DNA of 64,000 nucleotides from sequence record DRR723986_14582; one strand, given 5' to 3'. The notes below the pieces were generated by a model. The model had not been told where the DNA came from. It did no database searches and worked only from the letters and a program-made list of their open reading frames with translations. Both the position numbers and the translations under genes were made by a program. Shown here in pieces: positions 10,333-19,175 of the stretch. Numbering within the stretch: the first letter of the stretch is position 1; each line of letters begins with the position of its first letter.

Positions 10333-11962
10333 AGTCTCGACTACCCACAAGATCGGGCTGGACTACAACGTCAAGCTCACGCTTGGCACGCTTTGGTCGC
10401 TCTTTCTGCCGCAGCATCGCGAGATCCGTGCTGTGAGCCCGTTGATCTTTTCGCGGATCGTATCGCAAGTATTCGAGCATGAAGGGAAGACAGATGGCTC
10501 CACCGAATGCAGCAAGCAGGCCTAGAGCTGCGACCATCTTTTTCGACGGCTTCGATGGACGCTCGGTCAAGTCTGGCTGTTGGATGACACCAATACTGGA
10601 GATTTCTTTTTCGCTGAGCGCCTCATACAGACGGGCTTGTTCAAGCATCCGAGAATTGGTCTCGTACTTCGTTCGGGCAATGCTTACCTCGACCTCCAAC
10701 CGATAGAGTTCAGCAGATTGCTCATTCAAGGTAGTGAGTTCTTCCTCGAGCTCTTCGAGTTGTTCGCCAAGCAGGCTTTTCTCCGCTTCGAGCGATGCGA
10801 GTGTGGCTTCCAGGGTTACGGATTCGGATTTCAACTGGCGATGAAGCGGGTTGGTTCCTCGCGAGAGCTCCGTTCGAGACGCCTCCATCTCGGCGAAGAC
10901 GCTCCGCGCCTTTTCGAGCTGCTTTCGTACGGCGAGAATCTTCGGATGATCCGGCTCATACCGACTCAACAGTTCGTTCTCAAGCAGTTCGATCTCATAG
11001 AGCTGCTGACGCATGCCTGCGGTTGCTTCGTTATCAACGCCGCTTTTAGATTCTAGGTCGACGTTCTCCGGCGTTGATTCGAGACTTTCCGTGATTGCAG
11101 CCAGCCTGCTTTGGTTGGCGACCAAGTCACGACCGTTGGCAAGAATAGCACCTCGAACACCTTCGATCTGCCCCTCGAGCGTCGTCACGCGTCCTTCGAT
11201 TGAGCCCACACCGAACTCATTCTTCTTTGTCTTCAGTTCATCGGTGAGCCGATTCAATTCCCCGCCACTGATTTCGCCCTGTTCATCGAAGAACTCAAGC
11301 GAACCGGCAGTACTACTGATTCGGGCATGCTCTTTGATGAACTCTTCGCTGATGACCTCCATAACCTCATGAGCCAGTTTTGCCGATTTGGCATCGTAGC
11401 TCACGATGATAACATTGGATTCCGCCGGTGATTCAAATGAGAGGTTTTCTTGCACTTCCATCCGCGCTCGTTCGCGATTGGAAATGGGATCCAAGCTTGA
11501 AACGACTTGCTTGAGCGATCCAACGAAGCGGGAAACGGCCGAGGGCGGCGTTGCGGGACCGTCACCGGTCTCGCGGCCAAGCACTTTGTCTTCCCCCAGA
11601 CGTTCAACGACGCGATCGGTTAGATCCTGGCTGAGTAGAATTTCGTGGACAGATTTGACAACGCTTTCGCTCGTGCGATAAAGCCCCATCGTTTCGCCCA
11701 TGCTGGCCGTGGGATCGATACCGACCGCTTCCCTGCCAAGTTTGACAAGGTATCTGGCCGTTGAGCGGTATTCCCTTGGGGCGTACAGAATGTAGAGTAC
11801 AGCCAACGCCAGGGCGCCGCAGAACGCGACGCCGCTGAGCAAGCGATAACGCCACAGGACGCTAACGACATCGCGCCATGAGTGTAGAGAGAGGGCGTTG
11901 TGTTTTTCCGTGGACACTTGATACCTAACGCTGGGGCTGCGGCCGCTTGTAACCACTTCCAT
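10325..11962 (-). CDS. GumC/Wzz-type polysaccharide co-polymerase (no tyrosine-kinase domain)
   Basis: Two TM helices flanking a long coiled-coil region; Pro-rich PxxPSKP before TM2; no Walker A motif. Confidence 0.85.
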   Translation of the reverse strand: MEVVTSGRSPSVRYQVSTEKHNALSLHSWRDVVSVLWRYRLLSGVAFCGALALAVLYILYAPREYRSTARYLVKLGREAVGIDPTASMGETMGLYRTSESVVKSVHEILLSQDLTDRVVERLGEDKVLGRETGDGPATPPSAVSRFVGSLKQVVSSLDPISNRERARMEVQENLSFESPAESNVIIVSYDAKSAKLAHEVMEVISEEFIKEHARISSTAGSLEFFDEQGEISGGELNRLTDELKTKKNEFGVGSIEGRVTTLEGQIEGVRGAILANGRDLVANQSRLAAITESLESTPENVDLESKSGVDNEATAGMRQQLYEIELLENELLSRYEPDHPKILAVRKQLEKARSVFAEMEASRTELSRGTNPLHRQLKSESVTLEATLASLEAEKSLLGEQLEELEEELTTLNEQSAELYRLEVEVSIARTKYETNSRMLEQARLYEALSEKEISSIGVIQQPDLTERPSKPSKKMVAALGLLAAFGGAICLPFMLEYLRYDPRKDQRAHSTDLAMLRQKERPKRAKRELDVVVQPDLVGSRDYE

Positions 11963-12087
11963 AATGATCTGAGATACCGCAATTATCAACATTGCAATTT
12001 AGACCGACTAGGCGAAAAGCAACGGTGGCGGCAACTATTCCGATCCAGGGCACTACACTTACAAGCGTTTTTCGGTAGTAAACACCG

Positions 12088-12097
12088 CCCCCCCCCC
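12088..12097. repeat. C10 homopolymer in the divergent intergenic region upstream of the EPS operon
   Basis: Read directly: ...caccg CCCCCCCCCC gcc... Confidence 0.9.
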
Positions 12098-12135
12098 GCC
12101 TGGTAATTCGCGACACCCTAGTAGAGCAGCCGAAT

Positions 12136-12480
12136 ATGCTACCGGAAATCGAGCTCCAACTTGCTCCTCAACCACCCGTTGCCAGTTTTGAACAGCTTGA
12201 GGCAACCATCTCGGGCGAGGCGAGTTGGTACGCCGAAGGGGATGGCAGTTTCTCTCTAGCTGCCCCTGACGCCGTTCCTCCATGGCACCTGTACGGCATG
12301 ATGTACGATGACGGTCCCGGTCTGATTCGACGCGTTGAACTGAAGGGGAGTTGTCCGCTTTCGATATTTGAAAAGATCCTGGCTGTCGTGTCACAAGGTA
12401 GCCAATGCGAAGTTTTCAACTCGCGATCAGGACAGGCGTTGAATGTCGATGAAGCGAAGGGGTTGTGGGATGGCCGATAA
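12136..12480 (+). CDS. Hypothetical protein
   Basis: 114-aa ORF whose end overlaps the next gene's ATG (ATGGCCGATAA), suggesting translational coupling. Confidence 0.7.
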   Translation: MLPEIELQLAPQPPVASFEQLEATISGEASWYAEGDGSFSLAAPDAVPPWHLYGMMYDDGPGLIRRVELKGSCPLSIFEKILAVVSQGSQCEVFNSRSGQALNVDEAKGLWDGR

Positions 12481-13363
12481 CCGTTCTGAGGGAATCCTCT
12501 CCGATAGCTCAACCTTTGACCATTCACTTGCCGCCAACCGGGAGGCGTGGAACGCGATGGCTGAGGCTGGTCATGTCCTGACTCAGCCTGCCACCGATGC
12601 AGAGCTGCGCAGTCCACTCAAGACGGTTGATCCCGCTGGCTGGCTGGGCAAGAGCATTCGCGGCTGGAACGTCCTGTGCCTTGCCGCTGGAGGCGGGCGA
12701 CACGGCCCACTCTACAGCGCAGCCGGCGCAAATGTGACCGTCGTGGATCTCAGCCCCACGATGCTAGCCCGCGATCGTGAAGTCGCTCAACAAAAGGGGC
12801 TCAACGTTCGTACCGTAGAGACCAGCATGGACGATCTCAGTATGTTGGGACAGGGCGAGTTTCACTTGGTGATTCACCCCGTAAGCACATGTTACCTTCC
12901 TTCGACCGCAAACCTCTTTCCTGAAGTCGCCCGAGTCACAGCCGCCGGGGGGCTGTACGTCAGCCAGCATAAACAGCCCGCAAACTTGCAGACTTCTCTT
13001 GAGACGAGAACAGGCCGTTACGTCATCGAACATGCATATTACGACAATCGCCCAGTTCCTCCGGCTCGTGGCCCGAACAAACTCCGCGAGCCCGGTACCC
13101 AAGAGTACGCCCACAGTTGGGAGAGCCTGATCGGCGGCATGTGCAAAAGCGGTTTCGTCATTGAAGACGTCGTTGAACCGCGACACGCCAAACCCGACGC
13201 TCCCAACAGTTCGTTTGGACATAGATGCTACTTTATTGCACCCTACATCCGCATTAAAGCACGACGCACGGGACTGCAGGATGCTACCAGCTCGTCTCGA
13301 GGCACCTCGCATCCAGGCACCTCGCACTCGACTGCACCATCAATTTACCTGCCTCCGGAATAA
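12470..13363 (+). CDS. Class I SAM-dependent methyltransferase
   Basis: VLCLAAGGG motif I, VTVVDLS, RV..GG. Start at ATG 12470. Confidence 0.88.
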   Translation: MADNRSEGILSDSSTFDHSLAANREAWNAMAEAGHVLTQPATDAELRSPLKTVDPAGWLGKSIRGWNVLCLAAGGGRHGPLYSAAGANVTVVDLSPTMLARDREVAQQKGLNVRTVETSMDDLSMLGQGEFHLVIHPVSTCYLPSTANLFPEVARVTAAGGLYVSQHKQPANLQTSLETRTGRYVIEHAYYDNRPVPPARGPNKLREPGTQEYAHSWESLIGGMCKSGFVIEDVVEPRHAKPDAPNSSFGHRCYFIAPYIRIKARRTGLQDATSSSRGTSHPGTSHSTAPSIYLPPE

Positions 13364-13615
13364 CACAGGCAAGCAGCGCATATGGTTCGTGGCATTGCAC
13401 GACCCGGTCGGCACAACGGAGATGCAGCAGACCACCTTTGCGACGACTGCCAGCCCCCAAAGGACGTAGCACACTGCCCGGCTGGCCAGTGTTCGGGATA
13501 TACTTAGCTTTTTGAAATTTGCACGCGACACATCTTGAAGCGGAAATTGAAACAACCTTCCTGTCATCGATCGGCTGACGCAATGGTCGAGCGATGAGCA
13601 GTGGTGCAACGGATT

Positions 13616-14683
13616 ATGGCAAGATTCCAAATACTATCGTTGATTGGTGGTGGCATTCGCGGCGCGTTTATCACGGCCTATCTGAAAGAGCTTGAAGAGA
13701 AGCTTGGTCGGCCGATTGCTGAATCATTTGACCTGATTGCAGGAACTTCGACCGGCGGAATCATCGCCGCCGGACTAGCACTCGGGATGCCGGCATCTGA
13801 AATGCACGACTTTTATGTTCGCTACGGCGAGCAGATATTTACCGCCCGTCCGCCCTACAAAGCTCGCGGGCTGCTGCGGCTGATCTACCCGATGGCCAAT
13901 TGGGTTTTCCAGCGCCGCACCGGCAGCAAACTCGACGGTGCATTTCGGGCAAAGTTCTGCCCGCACGCTCTGCAACAGGCGTTTGATATAGGCTTCGGCG
14001 ACCGAACCCTGAAAGCCGTGGACTTCACGCGATTGATCATTCCTACGGTCAACCTGACGCGAGGCGAACCTTACGTTTTTCGCTCGCGACATTTGCCAGC
14101 GGGCGTGCGTGACAATGACCTAAAGATCTCCGATGTCGTTATCGCCGCAACGGCTGCCCCGACCTATTTTCCACATCGTCAGATTCATGACGATGCATAC
14201 GTTGACGGAGGTGTCTGGTCGGCCGACCCGAGCATGCTTGCGTTCTGCGAAGCGATGCGGATTCAAGAATTCTGCACCCGAGATGGAATCGACGAGAGCT
14301 ACAGCACCAAGGACATCCACCTGTTGTCCGTCGGCACCGGGGTGGCGCAGTACTCTCTGAAGCCGCCGGGCGGAGACGCTGGTCTGATCTTTTGGGCACC
14401 GCGAATTGCCGACGTAATGGGTAGTTCGCAAGCCCTGGGCCTGCACGCACCACTAAAATTCCTGCTTGGCGATCGATATCGCCACGTGAATTTCCGCATG
14501 GATCACAAGTGGGGACTCGCCGAAGTTGAGCACATTCCCGAATTGTTCGCGATGGGTGAAAAGCGTGCTAGCGAGACGTACGACAGCATTGCTGAACACT
14601 TCTTGCAACACACTCGCAGTCGCTTCACACCGTTCGAAACGGACGAGGACGCCATCAACTTCCACGACTTCGGGCTCACCTAA
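13616..14683 (+). CDS. Patatin-like phospholipase
   Basis: GGGIRG, GTSTG (catalytic Ser), AAPTYFP and DGG (catalytic Asp). Confidence 0.92.
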   Translation: MARFQILSLIGGGIRGAFITAYLKELEEKLGRPIAESFDLIAGTSTGGIIAAGLALGMPASEMHDFYVRYGEQIFTARPPYKARGLLRLIYPMANWVFQRRTGSKLDGAFRAKFCPHALQQAFDIGFGDRTLKAVDFTRLIIPTVNLTRGEPYVFRSRHLPAGVRDNDLKISDVVIAATAAPTYFPHRQIHDDAYVDGGVWSADPSMLAFCEAMRIQEFCTRDGIDESYSTKDIHLLSVGTGVAQYSLKPPGGDAGLIFWAPRIADVMGSSQALGLHAPLKFLLGDRYRHVNFRMDHKWGLAEVEHIPELFAMGEKRASETYDSIAEHFLQHTRSRFTPFETDEDAINFHDFGLT

Positions 14684-14725
14684 CCATTACAAATCGCCGT
14701 CTTGAAGCCCGACAGCCGCCACGGT

Positions 14726-15604
14726 TTAGACGTCACAGACACCGATGCTGTGCTCAAGTGACTTCATCGGATCTTCCCAGGTTGGTATGAATTCCTGGGC
14801 CACAAACCCGGTGTAGCCTGTTTCTAGAATGGCCTTCATAATCGGCGGGTAGTTGATCTCTTGGTTCTCATCGATTTCGCTGCGACCAGGATTGCCCGCT
14901 GTGTGGTAATGCCCAACATACCGATGGTACTCGCGGATTCGTCGAATCACGTCGCCGTTCATGACCTGAACGTGGTAGACGTCAAACAACAACTTGAAGT
15001 TCGGTGAATCCATTTGCTTCACCAAGTCTATACAGAAATCCACATCGTCACCAAAGTAACCTGGATGCCCCTTCATTGGGTGCGTGTCATCTCGGCTGTT
15101 CAGATGTTCCAGGCATAGCGTTATGCCTTTCTCTTCGGCATACTTGATCACTCGCTGCCAACATTCGATGCAGTTCTTAGCCCCAACCTTATCCCGCATC
15201 CCATCAACTCGCATCCCAGTGAAGGTAATCACTCGTTTGCTCTCATGCTGGACGGCGAGATCAATCGACTCGCGCAGCTTTGCTTCGACGGCTGCATGGT
15301 TGTCAGTGCTTACCGGTCCAGCGGCAAATCCGTGGCTGCCAACGAGTGAAATCTCCAGCCCCAGCTTGCGAACAGACGCGTAGTCGGACGCGGGAATCCC
15401 CTCAATGGCAACCAGCCCCATCGCTTTGCCGCGCCGCGCTAGTTCGACGCCCGACATCGGTTTGAAGCACCAGCCCATGACCGACTGTCGAATGCGACCT
15501 ACCCGTTGTTGTGTCTGGCCTGCGTCCAAGCTATTGCTAGCCGCAGCCACACCAGCAACCGCCGCAACGCTCGTAAACCAGTTCCGCCTTGTCGATTGGT
15601 TCAT
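14726..15604 (-). CDS. Tat-exported hydroxypyruvate isomerase/xylose-isomerase-like TIM barrel protein
   Basis: STRRNWF twin-arginine signal; LEHLN, DVYH, HTAGNPGRSE and QEF metal-ligand motifs. Confidence 0.85.
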   Translation of the reverse strand: MNQSTRRNWFTSVAAVAGVAAASNSLDAGQTQQRVGRIRQSVMGWCFKPMSGVELARRGKAMGLVAIEGIPASDYASVRKLGLEISLVGSHGFAAGPVSTDNHAAVEAKLRESIDLAVQHESKRVITFTGMRVDGMRDKVGAKNCIECWQRVIKYAEEKGITLCLEHLNSRDDTHPMKGHPGYFGDDVDFCIDLVKQMDSPNFKLLFDVYHVQVMNGDVIRRIREYHRYVGHYHTAGNPGRSEIDENQEINYPPIMKAILETGYTGFVAQEFIPTWEDPMKSLEHSIGVCDV

Positions 15605-15665
15605 CGGTTTGTCACCTTCGTTCTCAGTTTGCAAGAATCGGCAGCACTTCACTGTTCAAAGTGCG

Positions 15666-16715
15666 TCACTCGTTCTTTAGGTCATCCAACAAATCGATGC
15701 TTGGGCCACTGCCCTGAGGCGGAAGCACATCCAAGTGCTCGAACGCGCGTGGGGTCGCACACCGACCTCGCGAGGAGCGTATCAATAGCTCGCTTCGGAG
15801 CAGGAATGGCTCCACTTCGTCAACGAGTGTGTCCGAAGAAACGTTCATCGTGTTGGCAATCGCATCGATCCCCGCAGGTCCGCCACCGAAGACTCTAATG
15901 AGCGTCTTCAAATAGTTGCGGTCTTGCCGGTCCAGCCCCTTCTCATCGATGCCGATCATTTTCATCGCCGCGCGTGCCGTTTCCAAAGTGATCGTTCCGT
16001 CTGATTTGCTAACGGCAAAGTCTCTGGCCCACAGCAGTCGGTTGTTGGCAACACGAGGTGTCCCGCGACTCCGTCGAGCCATCTCGAGCGCAGCGTCCGC
16101 CTCGACGACCACGCTCAATTTGTCAGCATTAATGTTCAAAATCTCAGACAGCTCTTGTACCGAGTAGAACCCGAGATGCTCCCGAATCTGGAACCGATCC
16201 CTCATCGGACCGCTCAACATACCTGCCCGCGTCGTGGCACCAATTAGAGTGAATGGTTTGAGCTGAAGATTGAGCGTTCGCGCACTGACACCTTCGCCAA
16301 GAACGATGTCGATGCGAAAGTCTTCCATCGCCGTGTAGAGATATTCTTCGACCGCTTTAGGCAGCCGGTGAATTTCATCAATGAACAGGACACTCTGGTC
16401 TTCGATGTTCGTCAAATAGGGAACAATGTCCTTGGGAGCTTTCAACGCGGGGCCACTGGCCATCTGGACGCTCACGCCCATTTCGCGAGGGATACAGGTC
16501 GCAAAGGTCGTTTTGCCCAGTCCCGGCGGGCCATCGAAGAGGATATGTCCGAGCGGTTCCTCTCTTTTCTTGGCAGCATCGATCGCGATTTCGAGCACCT
16601 CGATCACGTCACGCTGTCCGGTCATGTCGGCGATGCGTTTCGGGCGCAGGGCTACATCGTTTTCGTCTTCCGGTGGAGGGCTTTGCATTACTGACTCGCG
16701 AACCACAACTCTCAT
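15666..16715 (-). CDS. ruvB: Holliday junction helicase RuvB
   Basis: LRPK, GPPGLGKTT, FIDEIHRL, GATTRAG, SRGTPR. The true start could be GTG 16706. Confidence 0.97.
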   Translation of the reverse strand: MRVVVRESVMQSPPPEDENDVALRPKRIADMTGQRDVIEVLEIAIDAAKKREEPLGHILFDGPPGLGKTTFATCIPREMGVSVQMASGPALKAPKDIVPYLTNIEDQSVLFIDEIHRLPKAVEEYLYTAMEDFRIDIVLGEGVSARTLNLQLKPFTLIGATTRAGMLSGPMRDRFQIREHLGFYSVQELSEILNINADKLSVVVEADAALEMARRSRGTPRVANNRLLWARDFAVSKSDGTITLETARAAMKMIGIDEKGLDRQDRNYLKTLIRVFGGGPAGIDAIANTMNVSSDTLVDEVEPFLLRSELLIRSSRGRCATPRAFEHLDVLPPQGSGPSIDLLDDLKNE

Positions 16716-16916
16716 CCCTGCACAAGTAGACCCGATTTTTCACAACGGTAGCCGCACCAATACCGACGGTCACTGGGCCATGATAGCCGCTGAAGCCCCT
16801 TATAGGCTAGCGAGCTTTCCCGGCGCGTCGCAATTTCACGCCTCTCTGTGGAGTTGCAACCGCGGCTCCAGCGTGATAATTGGCTGCCAAGGGGGACTAG
16901 CCGAAAATCAATTCTG

Positions 16917-18158
16917 CTAGGTTTCCACAACCACTGCCGTTGCGTTGTCGCGGCCAGATTCTTCGACAGCACGCCGCACAATCGTCGCGGCCCGCGTCTC
17001 GCCCCCCTGCTCTTCTGCGGTGAGGTGATCCGAAAGGGCTCGATCCCACAGCCCGTCAGTAACGCCGTCAGAGCAAAGCAAGAACTTATCGCCCGGCTGA
17101 TATTCGAGCACGCCGATGTGGGGATTTAAGTAGCGGTGGCCTGAACCGAGGGCTTGCGCCAAGACGTTCTTGCGAGGGTGCATGCGAGCCTCGCGTTCGT
17201 TGATCTGCCCCTGCCGGCGAAGCCACCCAACGTGCGTATGATCCTCGGTCACTTGAGTCATTTCGCCGCCAGTGGGCAAATGATAAAGCCGGCTGTCGCC
17301 GATGTGCCCGAAGTAGACACGACCACGCCGGAACCATGCGAGTGTCAGTGTCGCTCCCATATCACGGCAATTCTCATCGTATCGGCCCAATCGCAGCAGA
17401 TCTTCGTGAATGCTCTCAAAGAGTGCCGTCAGAATGTCATCGCTGTAGGCCGAAAACCTCTCTTCCCCTAAACCGAATTGTTGCGGAAGTTGCAAGGTGA
17501 TCTTCTCGACCGCGATGCGACTTGCAAACTCGCCCGAGCGTTCACCGCCCATGCCGTCACTGACTGCGAAGATAAAGTCGCTATCCTCAACGGAGGCCTC
17601 ACCCGATTTGCCAAGATATTTGATGCCATGCGCGTTGAGTAGCATGGCCAGAAAGGCATCTTCATTGTTCGAGCGGAAGTTGCCTCGATCGGTCAAACCA
17701 GACCACCGCAAATGCAACGGCCCAGCTTGCTGTGCGTCGTCGGCCAGAGAGCTCCCAGGTGCTGGGATGTCAGGTGCATCAGTTGGCTCTAGGATCTCAG
17801 CGAATTCGAAATCGATGACGCAAAATTTCCCGTCCTGAGCTCGATACGTAATATTGCGTAGGAAGGGATCGTCATGGCGAACACCATACTTTTCCAAGTC
17901 CCCGAAGAGCTCCTTCACCTTGTCGTCGGTCATGTGCTGCACGCGAGCGCCACAACTGTTGGTCACGAGCTCAAGCGTTTCGGGATTTGCATCCAGGACG
18001 CGGGGAACGAACGGACACTTCCGTTGCTCCAGATATCTCAATACACGTACTTCGTTGGTAAAACGCTCTTCGGCGTTTGGCCCGCGAAATAACTTGTGGA
18101 CACGCCCGTCAAAGCCAATGCGGACATGAGATCGCTGGGTATTCTTCGCTTCGTGCAT
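16917..18158 (-). CDS. Fusion of a minimal protein-kinase-like domain (N) and a PP2C/PPM Ser/Thr phosphatase (C)
   Basis: N-terminus: VHK, NEVRVL, RHDDPFLRN (HxDxxxxN), IDFE. C-terminus: RSNNED, SDGMGG, MGATL, HIGDSR, EDH, CSDG, GRDNAT. Confidence 0.85.
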   Translation of the reverse strand: MHEAKNTQRSHVRIGFDGRVHKLFRGPNAEERFTNEVRVLRYLEQRKCPFVPRVLDANPETLELVTNSCGARVQHMTDDKVKELFGDLEKYGVRHDDPFLRNITYRAQDGKFCVIDFEFAEILEPTDAPDIPAPGSSLADDAQQAGPLHLRWSGLTDRGNFRSNNEDAFLAMLLNAHGIKYLGKSGEASVEDSDFIFAVSDGMGGERSGEFASRIAVEKITLQLPQQFGLGEERFSAYSDDILTALFESIHEDLLRLGRYDENCRDMGATLTLAWFRRGRVYFGHIGDSRLYHLPTGGEMTQVTEDHTHVGWLRRQGQINEREARMHPRKNVLAQALGSGHRYLNPHIGVLEYQPGDKFLLCSDGVTDGLWDRALSDHLTAEEQGGETRAATIVRRAVEESGRDNATAVVVET

Positions 18159-18204
18159 GAGGAGGATTACGTCGGAGATCAATCAGTTCTAGGCCGCCAC
18201 CCAT

Positions 18205-18213
18205 ATTGTACCA
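18205..18213 (-). promoter_or_regulatory. Putative extended -10 promoter element (TGGTACAAT) for the kinase-phosphatase gene
   Basis: Matches TGnTAxAAT on the minus strand about 47 nt upstream of ATG 18158. Confidence 0.45.
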
Positions 18214-18261
18214 AGAGCTCCCCGGCAAAGGAGCCGTGCTCTTAGTACGCCGTTGCTACAC

Positions 18262-19041
18262 CTACTTTTCCATCGACTTGCGGGAAGTGGTGAGCACCAT
18301 TCTGCGTGGTAAGAATGGAACAATCCAGTTCAGCATAAACCCAAGCCGCCACTGATTGAATGCAACGAGCTTCCCAGCAAGCATCGCATCGTAGCCGACT
18401 TTCGCAACACTGGCGGGTGACTTTGCGTTCTTCCATAGATCGTTTCCAGCAAGATCACTCGACTCCACAAACTCCGTCGCGACGGCTCCCGGACAAAGTG
18501 CTGTGACCGTGATGTTTGCATTGATACTCCGCAGCTCTTCGTCGATAGCTTGCGAAAAGGACAGAACGTAAGCTTTGGTTGCGTAATAAACCGCCTGCAA
18601 AGGCCCTGGTACAAACGCAGCGGAGGAGGCAACGTTGAGTACGCGTCCACTCTTCCGCTCGATCATTGCGGGGAGAAACAGCCGCGTCAGTGCCGTCAGA
18701 ACGGTGACATTCAACTGAATCATCGCTTCGTCTTTCTCCCACGGTCGCTCATGAAAGTAACCGTGGCCACCGAAGCCCGCGTTGTTGATCAAATACTCAA
18801 TTTCAATCTGCTCAGCATTCAATTCGTCATGCAGCCGCGCCGGAGCTCCCTCAGCGGCCAGGTCCAAGGGGACCGTCTTAACGGAGACGCCATACTGAGC
18901 CTCCAATTCGCCCTTGAGTTCATTCAGCTCCGCTTCACGCCGAGCCACGACGACTAGATCGCCTCCCTTCGAAGCATGCAAGACGGCCAGCTCGCGCCCA
19001 ATACCACTTGATGCACCTGTTACGAGCGCTACGTTCTGCAT
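18262..19041 (-). CDS. Short-chain dehydrogenase/reductase
   Basis: TGASSGIG, NNAG and YYATK (YxxxK). Confidence 0.93.
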   Translation of the reverse strand: MQNVALVTGASSGIGRELAVLHASKGGDLVVVARREAELNELKGELEAQYGVSVKTVPLDLAAEGAPARLHDELNAEQIEIEYLINNAGFGGHGYFHERPWEKDEAMIQLNVTVLTALTRLFLPAMIERKSGRVLNVASSAAFVPGPLQAVYYATKAYVLSFSQAIDEELRSINANITVTALCPGAVATEFVESSDLAGNDLWKNAKSPASVAKVGYDAMLAGKLVAFNQWRLGFMLNWIVPFLPRRMVLTTSRKSMEK

Positions 19042-19105
19042 GACAATCAACCTTGTATTGATTCAGTGGATTCGCAATCACGCAATCTTAACAGAGAATG
19101 CAAAT

Positions 19106-19144
19106 AAAAAACGCCAAGTCGCACCGATGGGCAACTTGGCGTTT
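19106..19144 (-). terminator. Intrinsic terminator after glutamine synthetase
   Basis: Minus strand AAACGCCAAGTTGC-loop-GCGACTTGGCGTTT followed by a T-run. Confidence 0.8.
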
Positions 19145-19175
19145 GGTTCATTGATGAGTTGGAAGTGGGCGGCGT

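Noticed and set aside
13300-13326. Short tandem duplication AGGCACCTCGCA x2 in the methyltransferase 3' end
   Set aside because: In-frame duplication in a disordered tail (GTSHP/GTSHS); no spacer structure, not a CRISPR.
12136-14683. Possible CBASS or other defence operon around the patatin
   Set aside because: No CD-NTase, Cap2/Cap3, TIR or nuclease genes nearby; the patatin is about 250 bp from the upstream pair.
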